DNA from: Diadema antillarum
Lineage: Eukaryota
NCBI RefSeq assembly: GCF_040938485.1
Contig: NW_027270958.1
Span: 2,046,001 to 2,110,000, forward strand
DNA: 64,000 nucleotides
Reading direction: 5' to 3'
Shown: positions 46,034-57,876 of the stretch, in pieces
Numbering within the stretch: the stretch's first letter is position 1
Layout: the number at the start of each line of letters is the position of its first letter
The notes under the pieces: generated by a model
What the model saw: only the letters and a program-made list of their open reading frames with translations
Told to the model about the DNA's origin: nothing
Database searches by the model: none
Translations under genes and position numbers: made by a program

Positions 46034-49000
46034 ACAATACAAATGTATTGTTCACAACGACATTTGTAGAATGGACAACACTGTTGAATCTCTTTTTGTA
46101 GAAATTTCTATCCCAGGATGTAGGAATGTGTTATTGGGTATAATATACAGACCTGGTAAAAAACCCAGTTTTTAGAAATAAGGATTGCTTTCTACTTGGT
46201 GATTATAATATTGATTTGCTGAAATCTGGAAATGATTGTATCTCAAGCGAGTTTCTTGAGACATTTTTGTCTTCATCCTTTTTGCCACTCATTACTAAAC
46301 CGACTCGCGTCACGGATCACTCTGCTACTTTAATTGACAATCTGTTTTGCAATATCTTACCTCTTCCCGATTCTTTTATAATTCTCTCAGATGTGACCGA
46401 CCATTTCCCAATCATGACTCATTTTACTTTGAAAACTTTGGCTAATGATGCTAAACCTTCGGCTCCTTTATGCAAACGTAGAGTCTCATGTGAAAAGTTA
46501 GCCAGTTTTGATGCCGCTCTTGATAATGCTGATTGGTCACGAGTTTATGAAAATGATGAAGTTAATCTGTCTTTTGATAATTTTATGGAAATATTTAATT
46601 CTCTTTTGGATGATATTATTCCAAAGCAAAAAAGTAAAAAGGATTATAAAAAGACGCCTAGGTTACCGTGGATTTCAAAATCAATTCTTCGTTCAATTAA
46701 TAGAAAAAAATCGATTGTATTATAAATATAAAATGGAAAAAACTGAACGATCAAAGAACAAATATACATTATATAAAAACACATTAACTAGGATTTTACG
46801 TTTGGAAAAGAAAAGGTATTATTCTCAGCAGTTGTTGAAATTTAAGTTTGATATTAAAAATACTTGGAAAGTTTTAAAGCAGGCAATGAATATTCCGAAC
46901 AAAAAAGCAGAAATAGATGAAATAAAGTGGGATGATGAAATAATTGATGACCCTGTTGATATTGCAAATGTTTTTAATTTTTATTTTTCAAAAATAGGTG
47001 AAACGCTTGCTCATGGTATTCCGGCTACAGAACAGAATTTTACTGAATTCTTAGGCCAGTGTAACCCCAACTCTATTTTTTTAACTCCAACAAACAGATA
47101 TGAGATTATCGATATTGTATCCTCTTTAAAAAAAACAAACGTAGCTCCGGTTATGATGATATAGATAATTGTATCCTTAAGGGTGTTATATCATCAGTCG
47201 CACATCCCTTGGCTCACATTTTTAATCTGTCAATTTCTAATGGTATGTTTCCTGATAAACTGAAATTGGCTAAAGTAATTCCAATATTTAAAAAAGGTAA
47301 TAATCTGGATGTCAGTAATTATCGTCCAATCTCTTTATTATCTTCATTATCGAAAGTTTTAGAAAAAATAATATACACCAGAATTATCAAATTTTTAATG
47401 TGCACAAAATATTCACAAAATTCCCAGTTTGGTTTCCGAGAAAAACATAGTACCATCCATGCAGTTCTTCATTTTATTGATAAAGTCGTTAACGCAACTG
47501 ACAATCATTCCCATTTAATTAGTATATTCTTGGACTTCTCCAAGGCCTTCGATACAATTAATCACGACATTTTACTCCACAAGTTATCGCACTACTGAAT
47601 ACGTGGGAAGGCCTTGGAGTGGTTCAAGACTTATTTAGCTGACAGAAAACAGTTTGTTTCAATTAAAGATAATAATTCAGTTATAAGAGATGTAAAGTGT
47701 GGTGTTCCACAGGGAAGTCTTTTAGGGCCGCTGCTATTCATAATATATATCAATGATTTTTCCTCTGTTTCAGAGGTACTTTCCTTTATACACTATGCTG
47801 ATGACACCAGTGTTTTTCTTGCCCATAACGATATCGATGTTCTTGTTCAACAAGCTAATACAGAATTGAAAAAAGTGACCAACTGGGTCAGAGCTAACAA
47901 GTTGTCATTGAATGTTAAAAAAACAAAATATATGCTTTTCAGCAATACTGTTGATTCTTTGAATTCAGAAATAGTTCTGGATGATTGTAATTTAGAAAGT
48001 GTGTCATATTTCAAATTTCTTGGTATTTTTGTAGATAATAAACTTTCTAGGAAAATACATATTGATCATATTTGCAAAATCATCTCTCGAAATATAGGTG
48101 TTATGAACAGACTAAAATTTTATAATTATTCCTGAAAAGACATTACTTGTGTTATACTCCTCTTTGATACTCCCTTACCTTCATTATGGAATTTTAGCTT
48201 GGGGCAATACACATCAGACGCTGCTGAATAGAGTCTTATTATTGCAAAAGAAAGCCCTCCGTATCATTTCCAATTCTCCCACTCGTTCACATACAAATGT
48301 ATTGTTTAACTGTAATAAGCTACTAAAAATTAACGAATTATTTTTATACAACTTAGGCCAATTTATGTATATGTATGATAACAGTTTTACTGCCACCTAT
48401 CTTTGGTTCTATGTTCCAAAAAAAATCAATCATTCCATAATCACCCCGCCCGACGCTCTAACGAGTTTCATTTACCACTTCTTCGAACGATTTTAGCAAA
48501 GAATACACTTATTTACACTGGACCTAATTATTGGAATTCCCTGAACCACGATATAAAATCTGCTCCCTCTATATACTCCTTTAAAAGGAGATTGAAGTTT
48601 TTTCTTTTGCAATCCTATAATGACGACCCCCTGAATCAGATTAGTTCATAGGCTTATTTGGTTTCCCGTCCGCAAAATCTTTATCGCCGTTTTTTTCATT
48701 ATTGTTACCTTTGCCTTAGCTTTGATTATGATAAGATCCTCTTTAACTTATACCTCGCAGTTGAAGGGTTTGTTGTATATTCTTCTTTTCTTCTTCTTCT
48801 CTTTCTTCCTCTAACCTCCGATGATCGTTGTCTCTGTTGCTTACTCCTGTCTATTTTGTTACCTCTTCGTCGCGCTGTAGTCTTGTTTCCTGTCGTGTCG
48901 TCGAGTCAGTTTTCTTCCCTATAAGTAGTCTTGTTGCTGTCCCAGTCTTGTCTCATGCTCATTATTTCGTTTGTTATTGTTTTGTGTGTAACTGTTTGTC

Positions 49001-49350
49001 CGTCTGTCTCTTAGTGGGCTGCTAAACTTTTTATGCCAAACTTTTCGTGCTGCTTTGTTGCTATATTTAGTCAAATTTTGCATCGAGTTTTTAATACAAG
49101 AGGGGCCCACACTCTACAAGCATTGTCTTTTTAGTGGGTCCCTCCGTTTTTTCACACAGTGCATATTGACAATTCTTTCATTTTCGTTACTTCTGCAACA
49201 ATTGCAATGTATTGATACTATTAGTTTTTCTCATTATTGTTGGTTTCTTTGTACGAATTTACATACATTTTATCTGTCACTCAAGAAAGTGAGATTTATG
49301 TGTGTATGATTTTATTGTGGAAAAAACGAATAAATTCGAACTTGAACTTG
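46034..49350 (+). pseudogene. 5'-truncated, disrupted CR1/L2-group LINE related to 28617-32519
   Basis: Fragments VESLFVEISIPGC, ATLIDNLF, SNYRPISLL, GVPQGSLLGPLLF, YADDT and SFKRRLKFFLL are broken by frameshifts and an in-frame TGA at about 47596. AATAAA plus (CTTGAA)n tail; AACT at both junctions. Confidence 0.92.
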
Positions 49351-49506
49351 AACTCTCCCCCCCCCCCCCCTCCTTAGGGCTGGTGTCGGGGGGGGGGGGG
49401 CTCATTTTGACAAATTACGATCATATCACCATTAAGATGCTATCTGCCAGATCTGGTGAAAAATCGTTGTAGGGTTTGCAAGAAAATGCTGAAAATGTAA
49501 TAAAAA

Positions 49507-50822
49507 ACTAGAAATGTCGCTATGGCGACTGATGCCTCCGCCATAATGCATGATTCTCCCAATAGGTGTATAGTACAATGTCTTCACAATGTGTGTTGAC
49601 AGTTTCACATAACTGGCAAAATACTGAAATGACAGGTTTGTCAGAAATATCTTGAATGTTCACTTTTCCTTGAACTGGGTTTGCTATAATTGTCTAAAGA
49701 GTGCAGGTACACATATTTAGGGAATTGAGAATTTTTACTTGACTTCTGACGGCCCCTTATGCATTGAGTAATTTCCAAGGTATGAAAAAAAGAATGTAAT
49801 TACAGTACAAAATAGTCGTTGTTTTTTTTTTTTTGGGGGGGGGGCATTGAAACCTGGCCCTTGATCCTTAACCTTTGACCTTTGACGTTCTGGCTGGAAA
49901 TTTCCCGGAGAATCTCCATCAGGTAATGCACGTATATATTAAGTTTTAAAACTAATAATGCAAGCATTGCATATACTAGTATATGAGGGAAATAGTATAA
50001 TTTTGAGGAGTTGACCTTGACCTTTGACCCCCTGACTATTGACCCACGACCCCTGAATTCCCTAGATAATCCCTGCCAGTCAGTACATGCGTATGCACCA
50101 AGTTCCATGAAGATACATTGAACCATTTGCGAGAAAAGTGATATTGCAACATTTTCACCTAATCTTTGACCTTTTGACCTTTGACCTTATGACAAGAAAC
50201 TCTCTTTGGAGAATCTTTACGCAGTAGCGCATGTTTACACTAAGTTTCAAGAAAATACCTTTGGGCATTGATATGGGGGAAATAGCAACATTTATACCAT
50301 TCGACCTTGACCTTTTGACCTTTGACCTCTTGCCAATGTCACTAAAATCTACTCAACTAATTGTCCCATCATACATCATCCTTGCACCAAGTTTGGTGAA
50401 AGCTGCTGCATCCAGTTTTGAGTTATCACGTAAACAGATAAATTTTAGGATTTGACCTTGATCTTTGACCTTTGACCTCTGTCCGATTTCACTAGAAAAC
50501 CTATCAAGTAATTGCCCCATCATACATCATCCTCCGACAAAGTTTGGTGAGATTTGCTCGATCCAGTCTTGAGTTATCGCGTAAACGGACACAATTTCAT
50601 GATTTGACCTTGACCTTTGACCTCTGACCTTAGGCAGATTTCACCCAAAATCTTATCAAATAATTGCCCTATCATACTTTATACTTGGACCAGGTTTGTT
50701 AAATTTCCAGTCAATATTACTCAAGTTATCGCGTAAACGAAAGCGGACGGACGTACGTTCGGACGGACGGACAACCCGAAAACATAATGCCTCCGGCACC
50801 ACTTCGTGGCCGAGGCATAAAA
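49507..50822. mobile_element. Second Helentron-associated element (HINE-like)
   Basis: Terminal GTCGC-TATG-GCGAC inverted repeat and ATGCCTC subTIR; TGACCTTTGACC-rich core; (GGAC)n; hairpin ATGCCTCCGGC...GCCGAGGCAT; A-run flanks. Confidence 0.78.
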
Positions 50823-50852
50823 AGACAGATGGTCGCTAAGACAGGTGGTAAA

Positions 50853-51155
50853 GATGGTAATGGTTCGTGCGCAGCTTTGATTGAGAGTTTCTCTTCCATC
50901 TCTACATAATATAGGTGAAATGAATGGTTTGCACATTCCCGGCGACGTTTTGCACATTTCCCGGCAAAATTGATCATTTGCACATTTCCCGGCGTCACGT
51001 TTGCACATTTCCCCGTTGATGAAATTTAGAGATTTGCACATTTCCCGGCAAGACGTTTGCACATTTCCCGGCGTTTGCACATTTCCCGGCGAGACGTTTG
51101 CACATTTCCAGGCGTTTGCACATTTCCCGGCGTTTGCACATTTCCCGGCTCCACA
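50853..51155 (-). repeat. Right outer TIR: TTTGCACATTTCCC array
   Basis: Reverse complement of 41154-41490, near-identical at the terminus and decaying inward. Confidence 0.92.
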
Positions 51156-54100
51156 CACCGTCCCTTTCATTTGGATGCTAAACATAAAAATGAATACATT
51201 TATCCTTATTCATCAAATGATTTGTGTTTAATGACCACTTATGACCAGTGCTACTAGACAAGCCCGATTCTTCTAATATGGGCAAAGTCGTGACATAATA
51301 AGCATCCCATTGATATTTTCTCGTGTGTGAACACGGACAGTCACATTCTGAATGGTGAGGTGTACGTGTCTGACTATTGACATTGATACTAGCTTCCCAC
51401 TTTCGTGCGATTCGTTACAAAGGCCACCAATAGCCATTCGTATACATGTAGTTGATTGTGGAAGTTTGTTTACTTTATTGTGATAAGTTGATCCTCTTTC
51501 TGGATGATATTTTTGAGCTTTTTCTCTAGAGGGGTTTATTTCTCATGAGTAACTGTACGATTCTGCCATTTCGATTTCTGGTAAAGACGATTAATTCACT
51601 TCTTTTGTTCTCTCGGCCTTTTAGCTAAAGTAAGTTCACAGTGAGGATATGCTCTCTTTAATCGTGGAATGAGGCGCACACATGGTTTGTCCGGTATACT
51701 GCGCGCGAGAACTCGAAACAGATCGTAAGACTCCGTGAAAAACAAAACAAAGCAAAACAAAAGCAAAAGCTAAAGCAAAAAAAAACCCAAACATTTCACT
51801 ACTCCCTATCTACTCGTATCTACTCTTACCAACTCATGTCATCACGTGAGTCATTCTTGTCAGGTTGTGAGCAATGGTACACCCACCAGAGGGTCACTGA
51901 TCGTGACAAATCGTAGATGATCGCGGCGCATCTCAACAGAGCACTGTCACAACGATTTTGAAGCACGATTTGATGCGATCTGTTGAGATCTAAAGTGATG
52001 ATCACGATTCACGTTTAACAGGTTTAATCGTGTTGCTCGTGGAAAATTTCTGAACTGTCCAAAACTATCCTACGCTCAAAACAATAGACATGAAAGAAAG
52101 ACATCAAGTTCTTACAAGATCTGACTGTCTGATAGGATCAACACGATTAATCCAAGATAAAGACCACGATTTCAGTCGTGGCGCGAAACATAATAGTGGG
52201 AAAATAGCATTAACCTTCACCTTTGACAGAAATCCACCCAATGTAGACCGTAAAAGCAGGTAGATATAGAGTTGGAAGAACGTGATTGTAAATGAGAACT
52301 AACTAGACTGCTGGAGGAGAGAAGAAAGAAGTGAGAGAGCGTAGAGATGAATTGGGGACAGTTGAACGTCCACGACAGAATTTAGGAAATAACACATCAG
52401 GTACCGGTTAGCAGTTACAGAGTAAAACGGTCTATTTATATAAATTTTGTAATAACTCTGGATTAAAATAAGCATTTGAGATGAAATTTTCTAAAACATT
52501 TCTTTTATGTATATATTTTCATAATACATAACAAGCACAAGCCATTCGCTTTACAAACACAAAAGGCAGAGATATAAATACACCAAACTTTCAGCCCGTT
52601 TTTCTACAAAGTAACATTTCTCAAGATAGACCCTTTTACCATGTGACGGCCGCGGTACCGCTGTACTGATACTCATTCTACGGGTTATATTTCGAGACAC
52701 ACAAATATCATCAGAATCACAAACATAATTTTCTACACATCTGACATTATTATACCGAGATGATAAGCTGAGCCCAGCGGCAAAATTCACAGAAAAAAAA
52801 GTACAATCGTCAACAGACGTTTATATACCATAGACAAGGGACGTAGAGGAATATCATAACCAATGTAACATGCCTTAGAGAACAACAGCAATAACAACAG
52901 TAACAACAAAATAAGCAGAGTCAATTCTAAATTCATTTGAAGAGAAAAAAATCTTGTGAAAAATGCAATATCATCCTGACTGGAATAACGCTTATTAATA
53001 TCAAATAAAATCATATAGAGAAAAAAAAACAGTATGACTTCCTAATAGGGCCTATATATACACGCCTACTTTTTTCCAGGAAAATTGTACCCCGGCACAA
53101 TCCTAAAACAAAGGCTATTTGATCCCTGATGCCATTTTTATTCCACATTCACTATGACACTTTCATTTCAATAAAGCGAGCATAATGATACATGTAATAC
53201 GAAACTGAACAATAGCGATCCAAGCTAACCAGTGTGATATAACCTTGAGGATTTGACATTGTGAGTTATCATAAATCTAGGCCTTGTTTGCATTTTTCTT
53301 TTTTGACATGTGTCAAGTACCGTCTGACGTCACAGGAACAACAATAACCAAGCAAAGTTCCTCGACTCGTCTGCATGCTCTGTTCATGACCACTTTCAAA
53401 GTTCAGTGTACACAAGATACGTTGATAAAAATTTGCTTGGTCTTTCTATTTGCGAGAGCACCTTTTGAGTCTTGCTTCATGAACTTCAGACTAAACTATT
53501 CTAACACACACACACATGCACATACACACACACACACACACACCCTGAATAATGCAAAAGTCTAAATCAAGAGTATCAAATCTGCAATTGAATAGCTTGC
53601 TGCCAAAAGGCGCTCAGTCCATTGAAAATTATGGATTTAGGACCTTTAGGAAACAAGCTCTTCAATTATTATTGTTTGCAATGTCATTCAGGTAGCACCA
53701 AAACGATATTTGACTTCACAGCAAGATAACACATTTTACGTTACTATTTTGACATAAAGATAGGTACATGAATCTTAAATACATTTCACATAGAGGTTTT
53801 TTGGCATGTTATTGGAAGAGACACGAATCTAAATAAAGTTTCTTTGATGTACACACAGTTGTGTACACACAGTTGTACCTAATTTTTCATTCATAACTGC
53901 GCATTATCATTTATTATTCATATACATTTTACGCATTCATATTATATACAAACATTCACACAAGTTCACACACACACACACATACTCTTGTACACACACT
54001 CACATACACACACATACACTCATACAAACACACATACACATATAAATCCGTGTCAAGCAACTGTTTCCAATCTTCCACATATACATACTGAGGTGAAATG

Positions 54101-54317
54101 TGAGTGATAAGACGGGAAGTGAACTTAGGCGTGTCATTATAAAGGTGGTCCTTCTCGTACACATTGATTTGCAGGAATTGATTTCTGCGCTGTTGTGAGT
54201 CCGCTCATTGGTACGGGTACATTGTCACGCTGCCACGTGTGACGATTTGGGTGGACGAATCTGCAGCCTTTCGGACATTCTTCTCGGTATATTACACTCT
54301 CAGTAACAACCTTTGAA

Positions 54318-57043
54318 ATGAGAATATCTAATTCAAAAGCGTTTGGGATTATCGTAATCATCACCCTCGTGGGTTGCCTCTGCCATGTCCGCGTCCCTAA
54401 CGACCTCGTGGATCCGTGGCACTACCGTGCCTCGATTGTGGGGTTTCGGTTGGCAAAAATAATGGTGCGTATAGATTTAAGTGTTTACCTTCCTCACACT
54501 CATTTCTTATTTTCATCTCCCCCCCCCCCCCTTGTTTTCCTCTCTTTCATTGCATTCTGGGCGCATTTTTCGTCATTGAAACATTAACGCTTATTTCATT
54601 ATTATGGAGCCTACATCGTACAGCTTTTGCTTTTTAGTGTAGGCTCCGCATTACACATTATCCATACATTGTAGATATTCATTTTTCTTATAGGGCCTAC
54701 ATTTAACTGCCTTTTGTTAAACCTATTTCTCTATAGATCAAATGGAATGTAGAATGTACGAAAATGTGGAATATGGAACAATGAATGAAACAAGAAAATC
54801 CTCCACTACGTCCCGTATAACTACCAAATATCATGCAATCATTTGTAGATAGTGGTAACATACTTGCATAATTTCCATTTGATTAAAAAAAAAATAACTC
54901 GCTATATTTGGAGCACTATAATGACCACTATCCTTGACCACAACCACGACGACATTTGACTATGAGACCATCACGATTGACCGATATTGCTCACCAGATA
55001 CACGGGTATTTTGTCTTTGACATGCATTCAGATGGGGACTTGCCGCTTATTCTATCCTCTGGATAACAACTACGTCTTCACGGCCCGTTTTCTCACGGAG
55101 GTGGCTATACCCGCTGCCGACTCGCAGGTTCGCGGTTCACACATCACCGCCCGCTACACCGAGTTTGACGGGGTGAAAGTTCTTCTCTACGAACCAGTGA
55201 GGCGCGGTTCCGAAGCACTGCCTGGGTTCGTCTTCTTTCATGGAGGCGGGTACATTGTCGGGAGCGCAAGTGAGTGTTGGGAGTAACTGTTTGCGTATTA
55301 GCATTAGACATCCTGAACACAACTTATTTGTCTTAAAGTACGAGAAATATAAGAAATGTCATTTCATGCGTTGTTGTATAAATTCCATAAAGTACTGTCA
55401 AGTAAGACAAATTCAAGGGAAATTAGAAAAGATTGCAAAGACTGTATTGATCGCACCCATCTACTCAGAAAAGAGAAATATTGAAAACCCCTTTGTCTCT
55501 TTTGGTAATATCCGTGGTTTTGAGTTTAATGATGCCGCACTGCAACGACTGCGGGTTGACAGGGAGCTTCGCATCACTATAGGGCATTAACTAGGATTTG
55601 TCTCGTTTTTCCCCGAAGAATTCCATGGTCACGTGACTCGAAAGCTAGCGGAAGAGCTAGGAGCTGTGGTGGTTGCGATAGAGTGAGTATTTTCTTCTTT
55701 GTCAGTTGGATAAAGAGCAACAACCTGAACACTTCTTTCTTGCATCTTGTACCTGTAACCCCCAGCTGTAACCATGATGATTTGAATCTCTTCTAACAAG
55801 TTTTTGGCATGTGTATTTCATGAGAGCAAATAAAGCTGCCCTTTGATCCCAAGGTTTTTAACCGGAAAGAAGGAGGCTATTTTAAGCATGGTTTGAAAAT
55901 AATAATATTAGGGAATATGTTGCATGCGTTTGTAAAGTCTCTGGGCTGAGAAAAGAGAAGGTATGTACAATATAAAATTCAGCAGGTGTTTACATTGTAG
56001 TTACTGTTTTCTTGCTAATTGTGAAGTCCACGTCTTTGAAGCGTTTGTCAGGAATTGATAAAGCCCTACGCCCTACTGTAAGTATAAAGTTGGTGCAAAA
56101 TTTACCATTGTCAGAATCTTCTTCTGGTTTTTTTTTTTATACCTTCACTGCGCTGCAAATCTTTGAAAATATATCTTGCAGCTATCGCCTGGCTCCCGAA
56201 CACGTCTTCCCGGCTGCCTTCGAGGACTCCCTGACTGTTACAAAATTCTTTTTAAATCATGCCCATGATTACGGCGTCGATCCAAGCCGAATAGTCGTCG
56301 GTGGTGACAGCGCAGGTGGCCAAGTCGCTGCAAGCATTGTGCAAGCCGTCTATGACGACCCCAGTTTGCCAAATATTAAGCTGCAGGTCCTTTTCTATCC
56401 CTGGCTCCAGTTTATCGACTTCAACACGCCGTCGTACCAGTACCACGATTATACGTTCAGTGACTCGCCGCGAAGGCTAATCACACTTTTTGTGTCCGCA
56501 TATTGCCTAGGAAGAATAGATGAGTCCTTCTTAGACCAGCTCATGGCAAATATGCACACCAGCAGTGAATTGAAACAATCGAACACATACCAGGAACTTC
56601 TCAACCACGACACCATCTTCAAAATGCTCGAAAAGATCCCCAAATATCCTAAATACAGCAATGTGCCTGTGCAGCCGACATCCGCCGCATTTTCTTTAGC
56701 GAAGTATCAGGCGTTTTATAAACCACAGAGTCACTTTGACGCCAGCAATGACACACTGTGGGAAGAGGTCCGTGGGTGTCTCCTCGACCCCCGCAACGCC
56801 CCTCTTTTAAGGGACAACTTTCGGGGCCTTCCAAAGGCCTTCGTTGTCACTGGCGACTACGACAGCATACGGGATGACGGGATTTTCTACGTGCACGCTT
56901 TGGAGAAAAGCGGTGTCGAAGTGACCTGGAGAAACTATCTGGGGACTTGGCACGGTTTGATGGCATTGGGTCCACTGAAAATTTCTCCCACGGGTGTGGA
57001 AATGATAAAGGCTGCTGTTCAGTTTATCAAAGACAATATCTGA
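54318..57043 (+). CDS. AADAC/NCEH1-like hydrolase, paralog 4 (most divergent); join(54318..54464,55032..55269,55619..55682,56182..57043), 436 aa
   Basis: Signal anchor AFGIIVIITLVGCLC followed by VPNDLVDPWHYR; FHGGGY; VAID|YRLAPEHVFPAAFED; GDSAGG; GDYDSIRDDG; TWHG. The exon 2 acceptor was chosen as the in-frame cattcag at 55031. Confidence 0.9.
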
Positions 57044-57876
57044 TATGCATAATGCCTTTAGTTGTCTGTACATTGTACTTGGTTACGAAAACAATCACAA
57101 TCTACTTTGTTAAATGGAGAACTTTGTAAATCAAACGAATTGAATACGATGAAAGTAGACTGGACAACGATATTGAATTCCATAAGCACGAAGCTTTGTA
57201 GTGATGGATACTTTGCATTTTCAATATACTTTGTATTACATTTGGAGGTTGAAATACTATCAGAAGACAAGTAATGACTGTATTATCATTTCGAAAAGTC
57301 ATTATTGTTTTGAAATCTCGATTTTTTATTGCTCTTATTAATACTGCGCAAGACTCCGAGATTCCCGCTTTTGTTAGGGAATAAATGTATGCGGAAATGG
57401 ATGATAAAATAAATTAAAATGTATTATACGAGATTTTAAATCATTTAAGTAGCGATAAACTCGTGTGTAGACAATCACGAACATAAACGAACGAACAAAC
57501 AAACAAACAATTTTACAGAATGTGAAAAGTTAACGACAGGGAAACACGGTAACCATCATGGTCATCCTGATCTTCTGCAAACTTCAGAGATTAATGAATT
57601 TCATTTACCATCAACCCTGATTTATTTACTGATCATTGTGATCAATGTTAATGCCTTGCTTTCGAAAACATGAACAGCAGAAAAAAAAAACAGATTCAAA
57701 AACAAATCCCCTTCCCTATCCTACCTTCCTGCCCCACGCACACACATTTCACTCATAGGGTACAGAACGGATTTTTGTTTGTCCTGGTTGACCAAACTAG
57801 CATTTAAAACACATTCTAGCAACACAGTCCAATCGTATTTCCTGCATTCGGCTACCTTGCTATTTGTTAACTCTGC

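Larger units (their letters stand above)
41154..51155. mobile_element. 10.0-kb foldback-type DNA transposon (TG...CA ends, 5-bp TSD) with nested insertions
   Basis: CACCG|TGTGGAGCCGGG...CCCGGCTCCACA|CACCG; ~340-bp outer TIRs; inner ~300-bp unit arrays in opposite orientation on the two arms. Confidence 0.82.

Noticed and set aside
51880-52200. Possible further Harbinger-type MITE (AATCGTG/CACGATT words)
   Set aside because: No TIR pair or TSD could be defined.
54100-54317. Promoter/TATA calls upstream of the esterase genes
   Set aside because: TATA-like words are common in this AT-rich DNA and there is no independent support.
54987-55031. Alternative acceptor caccag at 54997 for paralog 4 exon 2
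   Set aside because: It is out of frame with exon 1 and runs into TAA. The acceptor at 55031 is in frame and has a pyrimidine tract.
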